From Candidatus Colivivens caballi (lineage in GTDB: Bacteria > Bacteroidota > Bacteroidia > Bacteroidales > Bacteroidaceae), in contig JAGHSZ010000015.1 of NCBI GenBank assembly GCA_018065565.1, positions 1,162 to 65,161 on the forward strand: a DNA stretch of 64,000 nt. The letters run 5' to 3'. The notes below the pieces were generated by a model that worked only from the letters and a program-made list of their open reading frames with translations, did not search any database and was not told the origin of the DNA. Below, in pieces: positions 1-8,055 of this stretch. The position numbers and the translations under genes were made by a program. Position 1 is the first letter of the stretch, and each line of letters opens with the position of its first letter.

Positions 1-23
1 TATTAGAATACTATATCTCGCAT

Positions 24-1523
24 TTGATTTATGTCCAAACCAATGATACCTCAATGAAAGGATATAACAAATACTTAGATAGAATAGTAAATACTAATAA
101 ATTTAAAGCTAGTGGACAGGGATATGCTGGCGATGCTATTCAAAATCAGATTTCACAATGGGAACGTTACGGTGATTATGTAATCTGTATCAACATCCAG
201 TGTAGCTATGGCAATTATAATACAAAAAAATGTTATCTAAATTGGAAAGATACAGGTATTAATATTTTTGCAAAATGGAGTGGCAATACCATCGAATCTC
301 TTGCCATTGGATATTGTTTTTGGTGGGAAAAAAATTATTATAACAAATATAAAGAAATCTATAACAAGACATTATCTGACTTGGGGCTTTATGAGGATAG
401 AATAACAGAAAGCCTTGAACAATTTTTTAATTATTTTCTTAACAAAATACATGAATATGACAACTCATGTGGAGAATACTATTTGGAAGAAAATAAATAT
501 GAGCAAAAACAAAAACAAATCAAAATTATGGAAGAGAACAAACAATATATTAACCTGTTGACGAATAATCATAACATTATTCTTACTGGTGCCCCGGGCA
601 CAGGTAAAACATATCTTGCAAAGCAGATTGCTGCTCAAATGATTTTGGGTTGTGAGTATGACGAGAAAAACGAAGATCATAAGAAGAAAATGGACGAACA
701 ATTTGATTTCGTGCAGTTCCATCCTTCATACGACTATACCGATTTCATCGAAGGACTACGACCTTGGCAGGATGAGCATTGGCAGGATGAGCATATTGGT
801 TTCAAGCGAGAGGACGGTGTTTTCATGGCATTCTGCCGAAAAGCACTGAAAGCCTACAATGCTGTTGAGAACAAAGAAGATGCCCCGAAGTACGTCTTCG
901 TCATTGACGAGATAAATAGAGGGGAACTTTCCAAGATTTTTGGCGAACTGTTCTTTAGTATTGACCCTGGATACAGAGGTTCTAAAGGAAAGGTCAAAAC
1001 ACAATATGTTAACCTATGGAAGTCGGATTTGGATATGTTTGACGGAGGTAAAAGTTTCTTTATTCCCGAGAATGTATATATTATAGGAACGATGAATGAC
1101 ATTGATCGCAGCGTTGAAAGCATGGACTTTGCTATGCGTCGTCGTTTCGCATTCAAGGAAGTCTTTGCCTCCGAAAGATTTTCTATGATTGAAGAGAATT
1201 CAAAATTGTCAAATTATGCTGCCATGATTAAAAAGCGAATGGAAAATCTCAACGACTGCATTCTCACGATACAAGGTTTAAGCACTGCTTATCAAATAGG
1301 AGCATCTTATTTTCTCAAGCTTGAAAATTATCTGGACAACGGTCAATTAACTGATAGTTCATGGGAATCATTATGGGACAATCATCTTAAAGGATTATTG
1401 TTTGAGTATCTAAGAGGGCTTCCAAATGCAGACTCTGACTTGAAGAAATTAGAAGATGCTTATAATCTTGAACCGAAGGAAGCCAACGAGGAAATAATCA
1501 GTGATAACAACAATAATGAATAA
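24..1523 (+). CDS. mcrB: McrB-like AAA+ GTPase subunit of a type IV (modification-dependent) restriction system; possibly 5'-truncated by the window edge
   Basis: 499-aa ORF with Walker A LTGAPGTGKTY, McrB-type Walker B FVIDEINRGELSKIFGELF, and MNDIDRS and RRRFAF motifs. The frame stays open upstream of the TTG at 24 to the window edge. Confidence 0.85.
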   Translation: MIYVQTNDTSMKGYNKYLDRIVNTNKFKASGQGYAGDAIQNQISQWERYGDYVICINIQCSYGNYNTKKCYLNWKDTGINIFAKWSGNTIESLAIGYCFWWEKNYYNKYKEIYNKTLSDLGLYEDRITESLEQFFNYFLNKIHEYDNSCGEYYLEENKYEQKQKQIKIMEENKQYINLLTNNHNIILTGAPGTGKTYLAKQIAAQMILGCEYDEKNEDHKKKMDEQFDFVQFHPSYDYTDFIEGLRPWQDEHWQDEHIGFKREDGVFMAFCRKALKAYNAVENKEDAPKYVFVIDEINRGELSKIFGELFFSIDPGYRGSKGKVKTQYVNLWKSDLDMFDGGKSFFIPENVYIIGTMNDIDRSVESMDFAMRRRFAFKEVFASERFSMIEENSKLSNYAAMIKKRMENLNDCILTIQGLSTAYQIGASYFLKLENYLDNGQLTDSSWESLWDNHLKGLLFEYLRGLPNADSDLKKLEDAYNLEPKEANEEIISDNNNNE

Positions 1524-2877
1524 AATTATTCACCTTACGGATAATTATTACGAAGGGAAAACAATACAGCCAGAGAACCTTTCCGATGTGATACGTATCG
1601 CAAATATCGGGAAGTTACGCAACGCTCCTGAATTGTTGGTGTTCCCCCATTCTTTTTCTGAACTTGAAGATGGAATAGAAGACCTATCAATTCTTTCATT
1701 AAAAGACTGCGAATACGAGAATGGAATATGCATGTCAGCAAAAGCTTGCACAGGCAATTTAATGGGCTTCGTAGGAATTAATGAAACATCAATTAGTATT
1801 CACTCGCGCTTCACCCACGGAAAGCACAATGGTATTGTTGATGCAGATGGAAAGGACTATTTCCTATATTACATGCTCCAGAAAGTATTCTCTATTAATG
1901 TCTTCAACTTAGAACACACATCTAATCAAGAAGACAAGATACTTGACTTCCTACTCTACTTATTTCCATACATGCTAAACAAAGCCCTTCAGCAAGGGAT
2001 ATACAAAGAATACCAATGTCACCATTATGATAATCCTCGTGTAAAAGGGACAATAGAGGTCGGTAAGTACATTCGAAATGATATTCCTTTCCGAGGCAAT
2101 ATCAGTTACCGTATGCGTGAATTTTGTTTTGATAATCCAATGACTCAACTCATTCGGCATACTATAGAACACATTAAACACAATCCAATTGGAGCATCAA
2201 TTTTGTGTTCAGGTCAAGAGACAAGAGATAATGTAAGTAAAATCATTCAAGTTACATCTTCTTTCGATAAAAGGGATTTGGTAAAAATTATAAATGCAAA
2301 CAGAAAACCTAAAATACACCCTTATTTTACAGCTTACAAAGATCTTCAACTGCTATGCATGCGTATTCTTTGCCATGATTCTCTAAAATATGGAGAAAAC
2401 AAGGACAAGGTGTATGGCATTCTGTTTGAAGGTGCGTGGTTATGGGAAGAATATCTTTATACAATTCTAAAGGAACATGGTTTCAAACATCCAAAAAACA
2501 AAGCCAGCAAAGGTGGCATAAGGATGTTTGAGAAAACTAATGATGAAGATTATTTTGACAACAATAGCAGACGAATGTATCCTGACTTTTGGAAGGAAAA
2601 CTATATCCTTGATGCCAAATATAAACATCTGAATGGAAAAGTCGGACGAGAGGATTTATACCAAGTAGTTAGCTACATGCATTGCATGAAAGCCGAAAAT
2701 GGAGGCTATATTTACCCAAATGAAGGGGAATATAAAACAAGTAAATATCAATTGGGAGGGTATGGTGGCTTGTTAAAAGTTATTCCGTTTGAAGTCCCAC
2801 AAGATGCTGATGAATGGGCTGTATTTATTGAAAAAATAAAACATAGTCAAGAAAAACTCATTTCGAACATAAAATGA
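1516..2877 (+). CDS. mcrC: McrC-like nuclease subunit (PD-(D/E)xK)
   Basis: The ATG at 1516 overlaps the mcrB stop (ATGAATAA); the track ORF starts at a GTG at 1501. C-terminal motif YPDF...ILDAKYK. Size and position directly after mcrB fit McrC. Confidence 0.8.
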   Translation: MNKIIHLTDNYYEGKTIQPENLSDVIRIANIGKLRNAPELLVFPHSFSELEDGIEDLSILSLKDCEYENGICMSAKACTGNLMGFVGINETSISIHSRFTHGKHNGIVDADGKDYFLYYMLQKVFSINVFNLEHTSNQEDKILDFLLYLFPYMLNKALQQGIYKEYQCHHYDNPRVKGTIEVGKYIRNDIPFRGNISYRMREFCFDNPMTQLIRHTIEHIKHNPIGASILCSGQETRDNVSKIIQVTSSFDKRDLVKIINANRKPKIHPYFTAYKDLQLLCMRILCHDSLKYGENKDKVYGILFEGAWLWEEYLYTILKEHGFKHPKNKASKGGIRMFEKTNDEDYFDNNSRRMYPDFWKENYILDAKYKHLNGKVGREDLYQVVSYMHCMKAENGGYIYPNEGEYKTSKYQLGGYGGLLKVIPFEVPQDADEWAVFIEKIKHSQEKLISNIK

Positions 2878-3386
2878 CACTGTTTATCTCTGATTCTATG
2901 CACTATTCCGAAGTCCTTGAACTTGCAATGAAAGCAAAAAAAACACTTTGGATAGGTACTGCCGACATCAAGGACTTGTATATCTCCAATGGAAAGGCCG
3001 AAAAGCCCTTCCTTGGAGTGTTGTCAGACCTGATTGGTAAGGGAGTGAATGTCCGTTTGATTCATGCGAAAGAACCAGGACAAGCATTCCGGGAAGACTT
3101 TGACAAATTCAAGCATCTGGCTATTGGATTGGAAAGAGTTCTCTGTCCTCGTGTCCATTTCAAAATCATTGTAATCGACTGCAAGACCGCATACATCGGT
3201 AGTGCCAACCTTACAGGTGCTGGGATGGGAATGAAGTCACCCAATCGAAGGAATTTTGAGGCAGGTATTCTAACTGATGATCCAGAACTTGTTGAAGCTG
3301 CGATGGAAGAGTTTGACAAAGTCTGGCGTGAAGAGATGTGCAAGAAGTGTCAGCGTAAGCAATATTGCGGAGATCCAATAAAGTGA
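2874..3386 (+). CDS. Small phospholipase D-family (single HKD) nuclease, Nuc/BfiI-like
   Basis: 170 aa with a complete HxK(x4)D(x6)GSxN motif, HFKIIVIDCKTAYIGSANLT. The ATGA overlap with the mcrC stop (2874-2877) indicates translational coupling. Cys-rich C-terminus CKKCQRKQYC. Confidence 0.85.
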   Translation: MTLFISDSMHYSEVLELAMKAKKTLWIGTADIKDLYISNGKAEKPFLGVLSDLIGKGVNVRLIHAKEPGQAFREDFDKFKHLAIGLERVLCPRVHFKIIVIDCKTAYIGSANLTGAGMGMKSPNRRNFEAGILTDDPELVEAAMEEFDKVWREEMCKKCQRKQYCGDPIK

Positions 3387-3410
3387 TTTTTGACGAAATA
3401 TAATGATTTT

Positions 3411-3452
3411 AGCGACCTATGTCTTGTATGTGCACAGGTCGCTTTTAATTTT
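3411..3452 (+). terminator. Rho-independent terminator after the mcrBC-PLD operon
   Basis: AGCGACCT (3411-3418) pairs with AGGTCGCT (3436-3443), followed by TTTTAATTTT. Confidence 0.65.
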
Positions 3453-3481
3453 GTTGCCGAAATCATAATAAAGATTGGATT

Positions 3482-5170
3482 ATGGCACGAATAAATGAAG
3501 AAAAGGGGATTGTCCCATGCGTTGAGAAAGAGAACGCAACAATGGCTGATGATACGATTATTGCTCATATTGAGCAGATAGTAAACATCGCCGTAAGTGA
3601 GAAATTAGGTGATGATGTTTTTCAAAAAGCCAGTGAGAGTTTGGAGTTTGTAGGAGATAAACTTGGCATAACTCATCGGCAGGCATTGCTCCTGTCACTG
3701 CTTGTGGAACTAAGCGACAGCCGAAGAATAGATACCAGTGACATTGCGAAGCTTACGAACTGTCGAAGGGTGCGTGTATTGTCACTGCTTTCAGACGACA
3801 AAGTGCTCATCGAGAAAGGGTTGGTTGTCAGAAAAAAGAACAATGGCAATATTGAGTATTGTGTCCCGAATGATGTTGTAAATGCCATCAAGAACAATGA
3901 ACCATACGAGTTTCATCGGAAGCAACTCAATATAGATGATTTCTTTGCAGCCGTTGATGCAGTCTGTGAAAATGCAGAGGAAAACAATGATGGATTCCAA
4001 GAAAATGTTGACGATTTGGTAAACACCAACATTCATCTTGACTTTTGTAAGACATTCAGAAAGTATTTTGGAGAGAATGACTCTGACGGTGCTTTATTTA
4101 TGATATTTGCTCATCGACTGATAAACAAAGACGACGATTGCATTGGCGAACATGATTGGGAGGACTATTTTTGTAAAGGAGTTGTGAGAAGATACCGAAG
4201 TAGATTCACCAGACACCAATCATCGTTGTTTGACAGACATCTGCTTGAAGAAGCAGGTTCGGATGGCATTCGTGACAATTATTACCATCGCATCACCAAT
4301 CAGGCGAAAGAGGAATTCTTTGCGGGTATGGAAGGACTGAAACATGAAACAAAGAAACTGAAAAATACAAGGGAGCACACTTCGATTGCTGAAAAGACAT
4401 TGTATTATAATGACAATGAGGGGCGACAGATGGTGCAGCTTACTTCTTTATTGACGGCACAGAATTTCAGGGATGTCCAGCAGCGTCTGGCTGACTGCGG
4501 AATGCGAAAGGGATTTGCTTGTCTTTTCTATGGGACACCTGGTACTGGCAAGACAGAATCAGTCTATCAGATAGCAAGAAAGACAGAGCGCGACTTGATT
4601 GTCATTGATGTGGCAAACATCAAGAGTTGCTGGGTGGGAGAGAGCGAGAAGAACATAACCGAAACTTTCTCTAAATACCGACAGTGTGTCGAGACATGCA
4701 GGGCAGAGGGACGAAATGAACCAATACTGCTGTTCAACGAGGCAGATGCCATACTTGGCATACGCATGGAAAATGCTCAGAGGGCAGTGGATAAATCGGA
4801 GAATTCTATCCAGAACATTATCCTTCAAGGCATGGAAAACCTGGATGGCATCATGATAGCGACAACCAACCTTACTACCAATCTTGACAAGGCGTTTGAG
4901 CGTCGTTTTATCTACAAGATTGAGTTCTGCAAACCAAACATAGATGTAAAGTGTGCAATCTGGAAATCGATGATGCCGAACCTGACCGAAGAAATGGCAA
5001 TACAATTAGCAGAACAGTATGATTTCAGTGGTGGTCAGATTGAAAATGTAGCAAGGAAACAAGCTGTTGAGCATGTGTTGACTGGCAAAGAATCAACTGC
5101 TGAACAACTCAATGACTACTGCCGGCAAGAAATGCTCAACAATAAGAAATGTAACAAGATAGGTTTTTGA
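3482..5170 (+). CDS. AAA+ ATPase (classic-clade, SpoVK/FtsH-like module) with an N-terminal winged-helix-like region
   Basis: Walker A LFYGTPGTGKT, Walker B-like ILLFNEADAIL (Asn in place of the usual Asp), sensor-1 region IATTN, and Arg-finger region FERRF. The N-terminal part (ITHRQALLLSLLVEL...VLIEKGLVVRKK) looks like a wHTH. The start could instead be the ATG at 3542. Confidence 0.85.
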   Translation: MARINEEKGIVPCVEKENATMADDTIIAHIEQIVNIAVSEKLGDDVFQKASESLEFVGDKLGITHRQALLLSLLVELSDSRRIDTSDIAKLTNCRRVRVLSLLSDDKVLIEKGLVVRKKNNGNIEYCVPNDVVNAIKNNEPYEFHRKQLNIDDFFAAVDAVCENAEENNDGFQENVDDLVNTNIHLDFCKTFRKYFGENDSDGALFMIFAHRLINKDDDCIGEHDWEDYFCKGVVRRYRSRFTRHQSSLFDRHLLEEAGSDGIRDNYYHRITNQAKEEFFAGMEGLKHETKKLKNTREHTSIAEKTLYYNDNEGRQMVQLTSLLTAQNFRDVQQRLADCGMRKGFACLFYGTPGTGKTESVYQIARKTERDLIVIDVANIKSCWVGESEKNITETFSKYRQCVETCRAEGRNEPILLFNEADAILGIRMENAQRAVDKSENSIQNIILQGMENLDGIMIATTNLTTNLDKAFERRFIYKIEFCKPNIDVKCAIWKSMMPNLTEEMAIQLAEQYDFSGGQIENVARKQAVEHVLTGKESTAEQLNDYCRQEMLNNKKCNKIGF

Positions 5171-5212
5171 CAGTGAGGCCTGACACTGGCGAAATGAAGT
5201 TCCACAGATACC

Positions 5213-6151
5213 TCACTTGCCGAGGTACTCTTTCAACTGACTGGCAAAATGCCTTGTGAAGACCTCTGCACCGTTGATATTGATGTGATAGTTGTCGAAG
5301 GCATATTCCTTGTTGTGGGTGAACCCTTCAAGGTGGCTGTCGTCGATGAATGTGATGCCGAGTTCCTGGCACAGCTGACTTGTTTCCCTTGTGTAGAAAT
5401 TGTCCTGATTGTATTCGTCGTACATCGGTGAAATGACGATGAACAGTTTGCAGCCAGCATGCTTGATGCGACGGACTGTTGCCTTGAACTCACGGACAAT
5501 GTCGGGGTCGAGTTCGCCATCCGTGATTTTGAAATCCTTTGGTGTCAGTGTTATGCGACGGTTGACAGGTCGGCCGCCAAATCCCAGTGTACTGCTCTGT
5601 GCTGCCGTTTGTGATGCAAAGACAGAACGGAGGATTCTGCCTGCCGTGGCATTGTACCGGTAGGTGTTGAGGTGCATGATGTATTTGAACGAAGAACCCT
5701 CGTGCCTGTCCAGCACTTGTCGTATGTATGAATTCGTCCAATAGTAAGGATATATCAGACTGAGGTTCTCTTTGGGAGGGATGCCCAGCTGGCGTTCCTT
5801 GAAGTCCCATACGATGACCTGTGGGGTGTAACGGTCGAGAATACAGTTGATGAGCGTGTTGCAGTAGTAGAATTCCTGACCGTCGCCACCGCAGTTGTAC
5901 ACACTCAGCCTTGGGAGCGAGTCCATGAGGATGCGGCTGTCGTATGCTGTCTCGGCTCGTGACGAACCGATGATGAGCATGTCGGCATTGACACGGTGCA
6001 GGGCAAAATATGACTTTGCCACTCGTTCACCATCGGGGGGCATGTGGCTGATTATCGTATCGAAGAACTTCCCAATGCCGAAGTCCAGCAGCCAGAAGGC
6101 TATGATTGTCGCAGTGATTGTCACTGCGATTTTTTGTATTTCTCTTTTCAT
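5213..6151 (-). CDS. DltD-like / SGNH-like acyltransfer partner protein of the adjacent MBOAT
   Basis: N-terminal TM anchor, IIGSSRA (block I-like GSS) and a C-terminal DNYHININGAE (DxxH block). It lies 13 nt downstream of the MBOAT gene. Confidence 0.55.
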   Translation of the reverse strand: MKREIQKIAVTITATIIAFWLLDFGIGKFFDTIISHMPPDGERVAKSYFALHRVNADMLIIGSSRAETAYDSRILMDSLPRLSVYNCGGDGQEFYYCNTLINCILDRYTPQVIVWDFKERQLGIPPKENLSLIYPYYWTNSYIRQVLDRHEGSSFKYIMHLNTYRYNATAGRILRSVFASQTAAQSSTLGFGGRPVNRRITLTPKDFKITDGELDPDIVREFKATVRRIKHAGCKLFIVISPMYDEYNQDNFYTRETSQLCQELGITFIDDSHLEGFTHNKEYAFDNYHININGAEVFTRHFASQLKEYLGK

Positions 6152-6163
6152 GCTTGCTTGAAT

Positions 6164-7582
6164 TTAGAACTGGAAATAAATGAACTGACTGCTGTCGAGA
6201 ACTCCAAACAGGAGGATGTATGTGATGAGCACTGCTGTGGTAAGAACCGACACCACCTGATTGTCGGCATTTAGCATCTTCCAGCTTGGATGAAATTCAT
6301 CTGCAAAGTCTTTGGCAAACAGTATGGCAAGTGAAAGACATCCCAACAGCATTGGCATAGCCTGAATGAACGGAGCCCCTGGTTGTGTGAGAATTTTTGT
6401 GACGATTGTGAATCCGTCTTGTATTGTTTCTGCTCGGAAAAATATCCATGCAATGCTAACTAACAAGAACACAATCATAATACTGATGAACCGTGGCATA
6501 CTGTTGGTTGTGCTGGCGCCTCCTGTAAGTTTCCTTTTCACTGCTTCGACAATCTGATACAATCCATGAAGTGCTCCCCAGAACACAAATGTCCATGCCG
6601 CACCATGCCAAAGACCACTGACAAGGAACACAATCATGAGGTTGAGCAGATAATGCCAGTACTTCACACGGTTGCCACCAAGTGGAATGTAAAGGTAGTC
6701 GCCAAACCATGATGACAGCCCGATGTGCCACCTTTTCCAGAATTCTTTGATTGTAGTGGAAAAATAAGGGCGTAGGAAGTTGTCTGGCAAGCGAAAGCCC
6801 ATCATTCTGGCACAACCCAGTGCCACAAGTGAGTAGCCTGCAAAGTCGCCGTAAATCTGTATGGAATAGAAGACTGATGCAATAGCAAGTGAAACACCAT
6901 TGTGCTGCGGGATGTGGTCGAATACAGAATCGACATATGTCCCCAGGCGGTCAGCAACACAGAGTTTCATGAAATATCCCCAAAGCATCATCCTGAGTCC
7001 GGTAATGACATTGTCATATAAGATAGGATGTTGTGCTTTCAACTGTGGTATCAAATTCTTTGCTCGCTGAATTGGACCGGCAAGAATCACAGGGAAGAAT
7101 GACACAAACAATGCATAGGTAAGAAAGTTTCGTTCGGCAGGAACTGTTTTACGATAGACATCAATAATGTAGCCGGCTGACTGAAATGTGAAAAATGATA
7201 TGCCTACTGGCAATAGAACATCAAGATAGGGTACATCCCAGCGTATGCCCGCCAATGATAGCAGTGATTCCACTGAACCATTGATGAAATTATAGTATTT
7301 AAATATAAACAAAATACTGAAATTGAGAACTAAACAAACTGAGAGTGCGACTTTTTTTAGTTTCGTGTCCTCATGATATGTTTCAAGCAACCTTCCGCAA
7401 AAATAAGTGATTAGTGTTGATGCGATAAGGATTAGTGCATATGCAGGTTTGAGATTCATATAAAAATAGTAGCTGGCAATAAGGAGCCACAAATTGTTGA
7501 GGCGATTGTGATTTCTCAACAAATAGTAGATGAGGGCTACTATTGGGAAGAACACTATGAAATCGAGCGAATTGAACAGCAT
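6164..7582 (-). CDS. MBOAT-family membrane O-acyltransferase (AlgI/DltB-like)
   Basis: 472-aa polytopic protein with FWKRWHIGLSSWFGDYLYIPLGGNR and the conserved His region SGLWHGAAW. Confidence 0.9.
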   Translation of the reverse strand: MLFNSLDFIVFFPIVALIYYLLRNHNRLNNLWLLIASYYFYMNLKPAYALILIASTLITYFCGRLLETYHEDTKLKKVALSVCLVLNFSILFIFKYYNFINGSVESLLSLAGIRWDVPYLDVLLPVGISFFTFQSAGYIIDVYRKTVPAERNFLTYALFVSFFPVILAGPIQRAKNLIPQLKAQHPILYDNVITGLRMMLWGYFMKLCVADRLGTYVDSVFDHIPQHNGVSLAIASVFYSIQIYGDFAGYSLVALGCARMMGFRLPDNFLRPYFSTTIKEFWKRWHIGLSSWFGDYLYIPLGGNRVKYWHYLLNLMIVFLVSGLWHGAAWTFVFWGALHGLYQIVEAVKRKLTGGASTTNSMPRFISIMIVFLLVSIAWIFFRAETIQDGFTIVTKILTQPGAPFIQAMPMLLGCLSLAILFAKDFADEFHPSWKMLNADNQVVSVLTTAVLITYILLFGVLDSSQFIYFQF

Positions 7583-7630
7583 TGAATGGTTGTATTAATT
7601 GTTATCGATGGAAATAGTTCTATTGTTGTG

Positions 7631-7638
7631 CAAAGTTA
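7631..7638 (-). promoter_or_regulatory. Bacteroidetes -7 promoter element (TAACTTTG) for the MBOAT operon
   Basis: Minus-strand TAACTTTG lies 49 nt upstream of the MBOAT ATG and matches the TAnnTTTG consensus. Confidence 0.55.
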
Positions 7639-7791
7639 TACAAAATAAATGAATCGTACAAATGTTTGAACCCATAAACACTGATTCTTCGTAATAACAC
7701 AGAGGAACGAGACTGTCCTTTCTATATGCGTCATAGCACAATCGTATATTCGTCATGGTGCTATCAACTGCACACTGCAAATGCATCACAG

Positions 7792-7854
7792 CATGAAATG
7801 ATGGTTTCATGGCATGAAATGACGATATTGTGCCTTGAAATGACGATTTCATGG
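7792..7854. repeat. Three tandem 21-bp units CATGAAATGAyGrTTTCATGG (dyad CATGAAA/TTTCATG) in the divergent control region
   Basis: Units at 7792-7812, 7813-7833 and 7834-7854 were read directly. Units 1 and 3 are internally palindromic. Confidence 0.8.
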
Positions 7855-8017
7855 CTCAATACCATGAATTTTCTTTAAGGAATCGTCGTTTTCATTACAT
7901 ACCGATGGACTAAGCTTTATCCGCACACATTCTTGTAGAACCCTTGTTTTTATATGCATGTGTTTGCTTGAAAGTTAAATAAATTCATGATTATTTTGCT
8001 GTATCAACAAAAAAGTG

Positions 8018-8025
8018 TACCTTTG
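8018..8025 (+). promoter_or_regulatory. -7 promoter element (TACCTTTG) for the GT2-GH16 pair
   Basis: TACCTTTG lies 31 nt upstream of the ATG at 8056. Confidence 0.55.
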
Positions 8026-8055
8026 CATTTGCTTTTTGCATTTTTTATCGTAAAT

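Noticed and set aside
7595-7852. 85-aa ORF on the minus strand in the CPS divergent control region
   Set aside because: Its N-terminal part simply translates the 21-bp repeats (SSFHAMKPSFHAVM), and it lies upstream of the MBOAT promoter element. It is more plausibly non-coding regulatory DNA.
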